Source: an uncultured Thermoplasmatales archaeon
GTDB lineage: Archaea; Thermoplasmatota; Thermoplasmata; Thermoplasmatales; GCA-001856825
Assembly (NCBI GenBank): GCA_964389625.1
Contig: CAYMEF010000001.1
Coordinates: 5,880 to 69,879, forward strand
Length of the DNA: 64,000 bases
Direction of reading: 5' to 3'
The position numbers and the translations under genes were made by a program. Under the pieces are notes generated by a model, which was not told the DNA's origin, did not search any database, and worked only from the letters and a program-made list of their open reading frames with translations. The stretch's first letter is position 1, and every line of letters starts with the position of its first letter. Of this stretch, positions 1 through 8,843 are shown in pieces.

Positions 1-141
1 CTTCCTCTTGCTCACAGCCGACGCAGAGAATATACCGATCTTTTTGCCCAGCTGGACGTTTGTTTGTGAAGCATCGCTTGTGAGCTGTTTGAGCAGTCTT
101 AAATCAAAAACATCGGGCTGTGTTCCTTTGTGTACGTTCAT
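1..141 (-). CDS. Lrp/AsnC-family transcriptional regulator, N-terminal 47 codons (gene runs off the window start)
   Basis: Minus-strand ATG at 141. Translation MNVHKGTQPDVFDLRLLKQLTSDASQTNVQLGKKIGIFSASAVSKRK has the Lrp/AsnC HTH pattern. Absent from the ORF track because the window edge truncates it. Confidence 0.6.
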   Translation of the reverse strand, partial: MNVHKGTQPDVFDLRLLKQLTSDASQTNVQLGKKIGIFSASAVSKRK

Positions 142-283
142 GAAACCGTCAATTTATGCCTATATTTAAAATTGAAGCAAAATTTATCCGTAATTGGCCA
201 GAACGGACTATATTATTTCCCAAATTTGTTGTCGGGTTTAGTTCCAAACATCCTTAAATAAGATGTGAATTATTTACGCCCTT

Positions 284-1702
284 ATGGCCGTAGAAGATTC
301 TGGTACAGTTCTTAGGAAAAATTCGGGTGGCCTCTGGCTCGGAGTTTTTCAGAGTCTGGCATTTGTTGCTCCCGCAGCCACCGCCGCTTCGTTCTATGTG
401 GTTGAAGCAGGAATACTTGGTGCGTCCCTGCCGATTACCTATGTTATCGCTGTCATAGGAGTCCTCTCTGCAATGTATATGAATTACTCTTTTTCTAGGA
501 GAATCTCTCATGCAGGTGGATACTATGCATACGTGTCAGCAGGTTTCGGTTCGGGCGCAGGTATATACGCATCCTGGTTGTATCTCTTTAATCTGTTGGG
601 GGCTGTGAGTGGTTTCTCAATCCTCTTCTTTGCGGGTGTACTGCAGCCTCTGGTGCCGGGATTGGCTACGAGCGCATTAGGCTGGATTCCGCTCATGTTT
701 ATCCCGTTCCTAATAATTACAATATTACTTCTGAGTGGGCTTAAACCGTCTTTGTTCTATACCATGATCGGAGGAGTTCTTGAAGTAATATTCCTCGTAG
801 TAATATCTATAATAATAATTGTCAAGGTCGGTCCCGGTAACACCCTTACACCATTTACCTTTACCGGCCACTCCTTTGGCCAGGTAGGCTTTGCTACGGT
901 TTTTGCGATCTTAGGGTACGTTGGAGTTGGATCAGTGATAACGCTGTCTGAAGAGATGAAACAGCCAAAGAAGACTGTCCCGAAGGCCATTCTTATTGCA
1001 ATTGGCATGGCAGCATTTGCATACATTCTAAGTACCTACGCATTCACGGTTGGTTGGGGTGTAAACAACATGTCTAGCTTTGCTTCGGCTTCCAATCCAG
1101 GATTCTTGGTTGTTGCTAGGTATGGTGGTCCAGTTGCCCTCATAGTATTCATAGTTCTGACGCTCAACAGCTTCATCTCGAACGGAATCGCGGAAGGAAA
1201 CGCACTCAGCAGGGCTGGCTTTGCTATGGCAAGGGATTCTATATTGTTCCCGAAGAGCCTAACTAAAACCTCAAAGAGGACAGGAGCCCCATTCAAAGTG
1301 ATCATTGTTGAGATGATCATCGTACTGATCATAGCACTGGTTGGGGGAATTATATGGGGACCATTTACCGCCGCAGCAGTTATCACAACAATGAACGGAG
1401 CTTCACTTTACATAGTCCACATAATTGCAAACTTTTCCCTACCGGTCTGGGGGAAAAGAACTCTCAAGGCAAAGGCGAAGCAGGTCATACCATTTGCAAT
1501 TTTCCCGCTGGTGGCAACTGCAGTATACGCATTCGCAGTCTATGGAGTGTTCGTTCCATTCCCTGGATATCCCCTTGACATCGCGAGCTATTGGGTCCTG
1601 GTGCTTGCGGTCTCAGGCATTTTTGTTGCCTCCATAGTATGGTGGTACAGAAAAAAGAAGAATCTTGGTAAAACAGGAATGGAAGTGGGGACCTTCGATT
1701 AG
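284..1702 (+). CDS. APC-superfamily amino acid permease
   Basis: 472-aa polytopic membrane protein with about 12 hydrophobic segments and APC-like composition. Divergent from an Lrp regulator. Confidence 0.8.
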   Translation: MAVEDSGTVLRKNSGGLWLGVFQSLAFVAPAATAASFYVVEAGILGASLPITYVIAVIGVLSAMYMNYSFSRRISHAGGYYAYVSAGFGSGAGIYASWLYLFNLLGAVSGFSILFFAGVLQPLVPGLATSALGWIPLMFIPFLIITILLLSGLKPSLFYTMIGGVLEVIFLVVISIIIIVKVGPGNTLTPFTFTGHSFGQVGFATVFAILGYVGVGSVITLSEEMKQPKKTVPKAILIAIGMAAFAYILSTYAFTVGWGVNNMSSFASASNPGFLVVARYGGPVALIVFIVLTLNSFISNGIAEGNALSRAGFAMARDSILFPKSLTKTSKRTGAPFKVIIVEMIIVLIIALVGGIIWGPFTAAAVITTMNGASLYIVHIIANFSLPVWGKRTLKAKAKQVIPFAIFPLVATAVYAFAVYGVFVPFPGYPLDIASYWVLVLAVSGIFVASIVWWYRKKKNLGKTGMEVGTFD

Positions 1703-1709
1703 GAAATAG

Positions 1710-2990
1710 GTGAATAAGATGGCAATTAAGAGCTTGAAAGTCGAAAGACTTGAAACTGAAAGAGAAGAAACCGATCTACAGAAATTAGTGGGTGACGTAA
1801 TATCTGATGTACGGAGGGATGGAGACGCTGCAGTAAAGAAATATACGAAACTCTTCGACAAGGAAGACCTAAAGTCGCTCCAGATGCAGAAAGACCAGAT
1901 TGAAGACTTAATAAAAATGGTCCCAGATGAGGTGAGGGAGCTTATAGATACCAACATCTCGAGGATTCGGAAGTTTGCAGAGTTTCAGCTATCGATGTAC
2001 AAGGACATGGAGCTGAAGGTCGACAACGGTGGAACAACTCTCGGACAGAGAGTGATTCCGATCGAGTCGGTGGGTGTTTATGTTCCTGCAGGAAGGTTTC
2101 CTTTACTATCCTCTGCCCTGATGGGGACAGTACCTGCAAACGTAGCTGGAGTGAAGCGTATCATAGTTGCAACTCCTCCTGGAAGAGGAAAACCGGATCC
2201 TGCTGTTGTCTATGGTCTCGTAAAGTCTGGGGCGAGCGAGATTTTCAATGTGGGTGGCATACAGGCAATCGCAGCAATGGCGTTCGGTACGGAATCAATC
2301 AAGAAAGTCGATAAGGTGGTTGGTCCTGGAAACAAGTATGTGAACCATGCAAAGAAGACTGCATTCGGAAGCGTGGGTATAGACCTCTTAGCAGGACCCA
2401 GCGAAGTGCTAATAATAGCGGATGAAACAGCAGACCCGGTGAACGTGATGTATGACCTGCTCGCACAGGCGGAGCACGATGTTGCTGCTAGAAGCTCCCT
2501 TGTTACAACTTCTAGAAAACTCGCGGAGGAAGTTGTGGATAGAATGGATCAGTTCATTGATTCCTTGGCAACGAAGGAAATACTCAAAGTATCCTGGGAT
2601 CAGAAAGGATCGATCTTCCTTTGCGACACACTTGACGAGGCCATAGATGTTGCAAATTCTTACGCCCCAGAACATCTTGAGCTACATCTTTCCAGAGAAT
2701 CTGAGGAGCGGGCATTCAAGAATCTCAAGAACTTTGGATCTCTATTCCTCAATGAAGACACCCCTGTAGTGTTCTCCGATAAACTCATTGGAACGAACCA
2801 CACGCTCCCTACAAATCAGGCGGCGAAGTACACGGGTGGACTGTCCGTAGGTGCATTTCTGAAAATTCTCACCTACCAGAGGGTGACCGACAAATCGGCA
2901 AAAGAAAATCTTGCGAACAGAGCCTACAGGCAGAGTATTAGAGAAGGACTGGCTGGTCATGCAAAGTCTGCTCAGTTGCGAATGAGCTAG
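1710..2990 (+). CDS. hisD: Histidinol dehydrogenase family protein
   Basis: Motifs GPGNKYV..AKK, AQAEHD and APEHLELH, about 425 aa. ATG at 1719, preceded by AGGTGA, may be the true start. Lies 8 nt after the permease stop. Confidence 0.8.
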   Translation: MNKMAIKSLKVERLETEREETDLQKLVGDVISDVRRDGDAAVKKYTKLFDKEDLKSLQMQKDQIEDLIKMVPDEVRELIDTNISRIRKFAEFQLSMYKDMELKVDNGGTTLGQRVIPIESVGVYVPAGRFPLLSSALMGTVPANVAGVKRIIVATPPGRGKPDPAVVYGLVKSGASEIFNVGGIQAIAAMAFGTESIKKVDKVVGPGNKYVNHAKKTAFGSVGIDLLAGPSEVLIIADETADPVNVMYDLLAQAEHDVAARSSLVTTSRKLAEEVVDRMDQFIDSLATKEILKVSWDQKGSIFLCDTLDEAIDVANSYAPEHLELHLSRESEERAFKNLKNFGSLFLNEDTPVVFSDKLIGTNHTLPTNQAAKYTGGLSVGAFLKILTYQRVTDKSAKENLANRAYRQSIREGLAGHAKSAQLRMS

Positions 2991-3043
2991 GTGAAAACGA
3001 CTGGACGACTTTGCCTGTAGATATAGATTCTTTTCTCACCTTT

Positions 3044-3712
3044 TTATTTTTCTTGATTCTCCAGCGCGTCCAAAATCGCAGAAAGATTTTCAACTTCGTA
3101 ATTTGGGAGTACGTTTCCTTCATTTGGCTCTCTGTACCTGTTGACCCAGATCGTTTTGAACCCTAAACTGGAAGCAGGAGCTATGTCGTGATATATGCTC
3201 CCGGCTACGTGTATTACCTCGTCTTTCTCTAATCCATACTGCTCGAGGAACCTGATCCAGTGGGTTTCTTTTGGCTTGTACGACTTCACATCTTCTGCAG
3301 TTATGTATCCGTCGACATCCAATCCGCTCTGGCCGATCGTTCCTCTGAGCAGATCCTTGTCTACGTTAGACAGAATCACCCTCTTGTAGCCCTTCATGCC
3401 CAGTGACCTGAGGGTCGAGACTGTGTCTTCAAAAGGCGGCCACGATTTTATGCTTTCGGAAAATCCCTTGGCGTCTTCCTTGGAAGGGTCGAGATCAAGT
3501 TGATGTGCAAGCTCCATGAAAGACGATTCGAGTATTTCCTTGTACGACGAATAACCTTGTTCTTTGCTTGCCTCTATCTCCTGGTACCGCTTGAAAATGT
3601 CTACATCTGCAGAGTTATCTAGCCTTGCACATGACCTGAAATTGGTTTCCAGCCCCATTCTCCAGTCAATCAACGTTCCGTAACAGTCGAAAGTGAGATA
3701 TCTCACACTCAT
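3044..3712 (-). CDS. HAD-superfamily hydrolase, type II haloacid dehalogenase-like
   Basis: MSVRYLTFDCYGTLIDW (DxYGTL nucleophile motif), ILSN, SYKPK. Start re-called to ATG 3712; the 179 upstream codons of the track ORF are antisense to the next gene. Confidence 0.8.
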   Translation of the reverse strand: MSVRYLTFDCYGTLIDWRMGLETNFRSCARLDNSADVDIFKRYQEIEASKEQGYSSYKEILESSFMELAHQLDLDPSKEDAKGFSESIKSWPPFEDTVSTLRSLGMKGYKRVILSNVDKDLLRGTIGQSGLDVDGYITAEDVKSYKPKETHWIRFLEQYGLEKDEVIHVAGSIYHDIAPASSLGFKTIWVNRYREPNEGNVLPNYEVENLSAILDALENQEK

Positions 3713-3835
3713 TTTACCACTTGCATGGAAGAGACTCATCATAAAAGCTTTGGCCACTTTGTTTTCCCTCTTGTCGTCTCTTTTGAAGCGTCGCGCGAGA
3801 GAATTATTAAATAACTCAATGCATCTCATTGAAAA

Positions 3836-4843
3836 ATGGTGAGTGAACAGAAGAGATTCAGGGATTTGCTTGTGAAAAAGCCGTTGATATTTACTGTTAT
3901 ACCACTCAGAGACGCAAAGACTGGAGATCAGGTTCACGACGACAGGATCGTCAGGAATCTCAATAACAGAAAAGAGGAGCTCGCCAATGCACTGAACCCA
4001 TTTCAAAGACTCAATGCCATTAGCGTTCCAGAGCTTGTGGAGGAGAACCACGAGGGGAAACCCAGGTACAACAGCATCTACACTAGAGCACTCGCTCGAG
4101 GTACAGCAGATATCCTGCACATAGACGCCCTCGTCAACAAGGTAGTTGCACATATCGAAAACTATGAAAACTTTGTTGACTGGATAAGAGAGACTCATTC
4201 TCTCGGAATAAGCAATCTTATCTTTGTTGGAGGAAACACCAGACATCACAGATATCCAGGACCGAGCGTTTCAGAAGCTAACGTCATAGCGAGGAGACTG
4301 TGGGAAGAGTTTCACGAAGAGGAGATAACAATAGGCAATATCTCCCTACCAGAGAGAAAGGAAGAGGCCAAGAGGATGTTATTCAAGACCATAGCGGGGA
4401 CCGAGTTCTTCACGACACAGTTGCTCTTTGACAGCGTGCAAGCCATTAGCCTACTTAGAGAATACTACAAACAGTGCGCAATTGCTGGAGTGAAACCTGC
4501 CACTATTCTGTTCAGCTTTGGCCCAATAAGGAGCGTAGCAGATCTTAATCTTCTAGACTTCCTTGCAGTTGAGCTGCCAACACAGGCAAAAGATTACATA
4601 TTGGAGAGCAACGATCTAGCAGAGGCTTCAAAGCGGTCAGTCTTCAACTCACTGAGGGTATACGGCGAGATTATAAATGCAGTGGAAGAGCTTCAGATCA
4701 AGGTTCCTATTGGAGTGAATGTAGAACAACTTACCAAATCGAACTTTCCTTCGTCTGTGAGTATGTTGGAGAATTTTGCCAAGGTGATTGACTTAGATGC
4801 GCATGAAGTCAACGAATATGTCAAGAAATTCGGACACAACTAG
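3836..4843 (+). CDS. Methylenetetrahydrofolate reductase (MetF)-like protein
   Basis: The FFTTQLLFD block corresponds to the MetF ITQFFFD motif, and the surrounding TIM-barrel-like spacing fits. Family-level call only. Confidence 0.5.
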   Translation: MVSEQKRFRDLLVKKPLIFTVIPLRDAKTGDQVHDDRIVRNLNNRKEELANALNPFQRLNAISVPELVEENHEGKPRYNSIYTRALARGTADILHIDALVNKVVAHIENYENFVDWIRETHSLGISNLIFVGGNTRHHRYPGPSVSEANVIARRLWEEFHEEEITIGNISLPERKEEAKRMLFKTIAGTEFFTTQLLFDSVQAISLLREYYKQCAIAGVKPATILFSFGPIRSVADLNLLDFLAVELPTQAKDYILESNDLAEASKRSVFNSLRVYGEIINAVEELQIKVPIGVNVEQLTKSNFPSSVSMLENFAKVIDLDAHEVNEYVKKFGHN

Positions 4844-4979
4844 TTGTTTTTTCAAGGATCTCAAAGTATCTTTTACTGCCAAATTGATTTAAAAATAATC
4901 GATCCTAGGGCTAGCTCTTTTATTCCTTTCGGGCCTGAAAATAGCTGTAGCTTGAGTTTGCAATACTTGGAAATCTCTA

Positions 4980-5306
4980 CTAAATTTTGCTGGCTTCTTC
5001 TATGAGTATCGGTTCGATGTTGGAACTGTATTGAACTCTTTCCACTGCAATCTTAAGACTTCCCAGGTTATCGACCATCCGGGGGCCCAAATTAGAGCAG
5101 ATCACTTTTCTTACTCCATTGTCTGTTAGTGTTTTGAGGACCCTTCCATGGCCAACTTGATCATCAGACTCCTTGTTGTGTGGATTTTCTGCAAGGGTCT
5201 TGCTAATTACCTTACCATTTTCGATTCTCGCTATGAGAAAGTTTCTTGACCTTCCAAAGTGCTCAGAAACTGTAAATCCATCATCCGTGGGAATTGCAAT
5301 TATCAA
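4980..5306 (-). CDS. NifB/NifX-type (dinitrogenase FeMo-cofactor biosynthesis domain) small protein
   Basis: 108 aa starting IIAIPTDDG..VSEHFGRS..F; typical of the PF02579-like family. TTG start. Confidence 0.65.
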   Translation of the reverse strand: MIIAIPTDDGFTVSEHFGRSRNFLIARIENGKVISKTLAENPHNKESDDQVGHGRVLKTLTDNGVRKVICSNLGPRMVDNLGSLKIAVERVQYSSNIEPILIEEASKI

Positions 5307-5517
5307 TTTAGATCACCCTACGCTTCCACAAGTGGTTTCAAGTGAATATTCTTTCCGTTCTTATTTTGACTCGGCTTTCTCTTTTCTGAAATTGATTACG
5401 TATGTTTTCAATTTTTCTAGTGCTCACTGAATGGCCCATTATAGAAGCCTTTAGATTTGGTCCCCTATTGGTAGCTAGGTAGAACTATTACAATAAAAGG
5501 AGTAATCGTCAAAAGAA

Positions 5518-5667
5518 CTAATCTTTCTTTTCCTCGTTTTTCTTGAATCCTTTAACAAGACCCTTTCCGAAACCTTTTACTGCACCAACACCTTTTTTCG
5601 CAACATCGCCAACAACTTCGCCAGATTTTTCAACTACTCCTTCCTTTTGTTTCTTTTCTTCTCCCAT
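5518..5667 (-). CDS. Unannotated 49-aa Lys/Gly/Val/Glu-rich small protein
   Basis: ATG 5667 to TAG 5518: MGEEKKQKEGVVEKSGEVVGDVAKKGVGAVKGFGKGLVKGFKKNEEKKD. Nearly every codon starts with a purine (strong RNY signal). TTTATA box at 5706-5701. Below the track's 60-aa cutoff. Confidence 0.55.
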   Translation of the reverse strand: MGEEKKQKEGVVEKSGEVVGDVAKKGVGAVKGFGKGLVKGFKKNEEKKD

Positions 5668-6128
5668 TTATATTACCCATGCATCCAATCAAATGTCACT
5701 TATAAAGATTTCATCACAATTAGGCCAGCTTCATAAACCATTACAACACCTGAAATTAGGAGATTGTTGCCTAAAAGCAAAATGTACCGGGACTTTACCA
5801 CACCCACTTGTCGTGCATTATTGAAAGTGGCAGAATCTGGTAATGTAGAGAAGGAATTCTTATGCAACGGTAAAGTTCTAAGAGATCTAAAGATTGTATT
5901 TCGATTGTGGCATTTTCTGGGAAACACTGGCAGAACACGTCTCTTCCATTCACTAAATGGTAGACGGCCAACTGCACCAAAGTACTTCCCTGCGCTTCCC
6001 CTCCTTGCAAGATGAAGAAATGCTGGAAGAATAATTGGAGGGGGAGAGCAGCTCAAACTATATTTCGTTGAGAGCCAAGTAACATCCATCTAGTTCTATA
6101 TAGTAAATTTCCATAGTGAGCAAACAAA

Positions 6129-7076
6129 ATGAATTCGATAGAAGTCAGGGACCTTAGGGTATCGTACGACGGGAAAAAGTATGTGGTTGACGATCTCAGC
6201 TTCAACGTCAAGGAAGGCGAAGTATTCGGTTTTCTCGGACCAAACGGAGCTGGAAAGACCACGACAATAAGAGTCCTGACTACACTTATAAGACCTACAA
6301 GGGGTACCGTGAATATTCTCGGGATGGACGTAACGAAAAAAGGGCTGGAGATCAGAAAGAGGATAGGCGTAATACTTCAACAGCCAAGCTACGAGTGGAA
6401 TCTGTCTGTGGAAAAAAATATGTACGTATATGCTACCCTATGGAACATTCCGAGGATTAATGTAAAGAAGAGGATAGATGAACTTATCGAGAAATTTGAT
6501 CTGACGGAGATAAGAAAGGTGAATGCTGCCGACATATCGATCGGGCAGAGGAGGAGACTTCAATTGGTTAGGGAACTATTGCACGACTCAGAATTGCTCT
6601 TCCTAGATGAACCTACCATAGGGTTGGATCCGATAGCAAGGAAGAATTTACTCACCTACTTTAAATCGATGGCGAAGGAGGGAACGAGCATCTTCTTCAC
6701 CACACACAATCTTGAGGAGGCGGATTTTCTCTGTGACAGGGTGGGAATAATCAATCACGGGAAGCTCTACGCAGTCGATTCTATTGAGAACCTGAAAGCC
6801 ACCTATGAGGGGGAAAGGACGATCGAAGTCATGGTGAGCAGGGATCCAGAAAGGCTAGTTGAGAATCTGAAGAGGAGGGCGGATGGGGCAGTTGTAGATG
6901 GATCGTTTACCTTAGACAAGCCGATAAAGATCGTCACGAACAAGGTTTCAGAGACCATGGAGATCATCAACGATTACATCAAGGCAGAGGCAAGTTCTTT
7001 GGTCTGGTTGAACGTCAAGAAGACTGAGCTTGAAGACGTCTTCTTCAAGGTAGTGGAGGATCATCACAATGAATAG
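6129..7076 (+). CDS. ABC transporter ATP-binding protein (ABC-2/DrrA-like exporter type)
   Basis: Walker A GPNGAGKTT, signature SIGQRRR, Walker B LLFLDEPT. Confidence 0.9.
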   Translation: MNSIEVRDLRVSYDGKKYVVDDLSFNVKEGEVFGFLGPNGAGKTTTIRVLTTLIRPTRGTVNILGMDVTKKGLEIRKRIGVILQQPSYEWNLSVEKNMYVYATLWNIPRINVKKRIDELIEKFDLTEIRKVNAADISIGQRRRLQLVRELLHDSELLFLDEPTIGLDPIARKNLLTYFKSMAKEGTSIFFTTHNLEEADFLCDRVGIINHGKLYAVDSIENLKATYEGERTIEVMVSRDPERLVENLKRRADGAVVDGSFTLDKPIKIVTNKVSETMEIINDYIKAEASSLVWLNVKKTELEDVFFKVVEDHHNE

Positions 7077-7839
7077 CGTAGTTAGGCTGACGTATAGAAT
7101 CATCAGATCCGCCCTCGACATAAACACGATTTCGTTTCTCGTCCTTCTGCCAGTGGGTTATCTTCTGATAATGGGGCTTATGATGGGGTCCATCATCCAC
7201 ACATTCAGTTATGGGGGTACAAACCTATCTTATGTCTCTTTCATAGCACCTGGAGTAGTAGCGGATCAGATACTGATGGGAGGATCAATGGCTGGTTGGG
7301 TGCTGTGGTCCGATAAACGCACCGGAATGCTCGAGCAGATATTCTCTATGCCTTTCTCTAGGTTCGAGTATCAACTGAGCAACCTGGTCGCAATGATACT
7401 CGTTACGTTCGGAGGTGCATTGATCATGATCCTGGTAGCGATCCCTTTTATTTCCCTCAGGATAACTATCGGCGGATTCCTTCTTGTTTGCGTCTTCCTG
7501 GTCCTTGGGACTCTCACCTTTGGCTCTATAATGCTTGCGCTCGGTGCCACGGTGCGATCCAATCAAGTCTTCAATGTGATAAGCAACGTCATGTTCTTCG
7601 TTGTCACCTTCACTAGTTCGGTCTTCTATCCCATTACTTCACAGACACCGAGAGCACTTGCCATTGCGGCCCGCTTGAACCCTCTGACATACGTAGTGGA
7701 TGGTATCAGGAGTGCGTTCCTCAATACAAGCTCCGGTATTGACCTCCTCTACATAGGTGTACTCGTCCTCACGTCTGCGATATTTATGGGAATCGCTTCT
7801 TACACCTACAAGAAGATAAAACTCTCCGCCACCGTTTAG
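7069..7839 (+). CDS. ABC-2 type transporter permease
   Basis: 256-aa protein with 6 TM segments. Its start overlaps the ATPase stop (ATGA coupling). Confidence 0.85.
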   Translation: MNSVVRLTYRIIRSALDINTISFLVLLPVGYLLIMGLMMGSIIHTFSYGGTNLSYVSFIAPGVVADQILMGGSMAGWVLWSDKRTGMLEQIFSMPFSRFEYQLSNLVAMILVTFGGALIMILVAIPFISLRITIGGFLLVCVFLVLGTLTFGSIMLALGATVRSNQVFNVISNVMFFVVTFTSSVFYPITSQTPRALAIAARLNPLTYVVDGIRSAFLNTSSGIDLLYIGVLVLTSAIFMGIASYTYKKIKLSATV

Positions 7840-7923
7840 GGGTAATAATCCATCGGCCACCTAGCATCTAAAGTCATCGCACCAGACTCCTCCCAAGACA
7901 AGACATAAATAGACTGCGTTTGT

Positions 7924-8721
7924 ATGTTAAGCATGAGAGGTCTCGATGGAAAAGTTGCCATTGTTACTGCAGCGAGTTCCGGGATTGGAAAAGGAATAGC
8001 CAAAGTTTTAGCTTCTGAAGGATGCAGGGTACACATCTCGTCTAGGGATGAAGACAAGCTCAAGAAGAGCGCAGAAGAGATAATGAAAGAAACGGGGATG
8101 CAAGTCAGCATAATTCCCTGCGATCTCACAAGACCCGAAGACGTCAAGAAGATGCTCACGGATGTTAAGAAGAAGAGTGGTAGCGTAGACTTTCTCGTGA
8201 TCAATTTTGGAGACCCCAAGGTTGCTCCTTTCCTCGAGATAACGGAGGATGACTGGGACTCCAGCATGAACATGTTTCTCAAGAGTTCCATCATAATGGT
8301 GAAGAGCGTTCTTCCAGAAATGATCTCAAAGAGGGATGGGAGAGTGGTTTTCGTGACGTCCCTTACAACGAAGCAGGTGCTCGATAATTTTGCCATCTCT
8401 GCTTCTCTCCGTGCTGCTGTCGTTAGCCTGTCCAAGGTTCTTTCGCTTGAATACGCACAAAATGGGATCACATTCAACAGCGTCTCCCAGGGTTACGTCA
8501 TGACCCCCAGGTTGGAGAACATCGCCAAGAGGAATGCGGAAAGAATGAATATTACGGTAGATCAGGCTTATGATGCCATAAAACAGGGCATTCCGGCGAG
8601 GCGGTTCGGTAAACCCGAGGAGATAGGACATCTCGTTTCCTTCCTCTGTTCAGCGGATGCCTCCTACATCAACGGTACGAACATCCAGATAGATGGAGGA
8701 GTTGTTAGGTTCCCATTGTAG
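7924..8721 (+). CDS. Short-chain dehydrogenase/reductase (SDR)
   Basis: Cofactor motif TAASSGIGKGIA, about 265 aa, classical SDR layout. Confidence 0.85.
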   Translation: MLSMRGLDGKVAIVTAASSGIGKGIAKVLASEGCRVHISSRDEDKLKKSAEEIMKETGMQVSIIPCDLTRPEDVKKMLTDVKKKSGSVDFLVINFGDPKVAPFLEITEDDWDSSMNMFLKSSIIMVKSVLPEMISKRDGRVVFVTSLTTKQVLDNFAISASLRAAVVSLSKVLSLEYAQNGITFNSVSQGYVMTPRLENIAKRNAERMNITVDQAYDAIKQGIPARRFGKPEEIGHLVSFLCSADASYINGTNIQIDGGVVRFPL

Positions 8722-8843
8722 CGAAGTAGAGACTGTCGTCCGATTTTTGAACCTACCTACCATTGGCAATAAATCAGTATTGGGTAGCTGGCTTGGGGCC
8801 TCTCAGCAGATAATATATATTTTTGAATATACTCTCTTCAATT

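Noticed and set aside
3713-4249. The N-terminal 179 codons of the 401-aa ORF containing the HAD hydrolase.
   Set aside because: This part is antisense to the MetF-like gene. The HAD fold begins at MSVRYLTFDCYGTL (ATG 3712), and a 123-nt divergent promoter gap then results.
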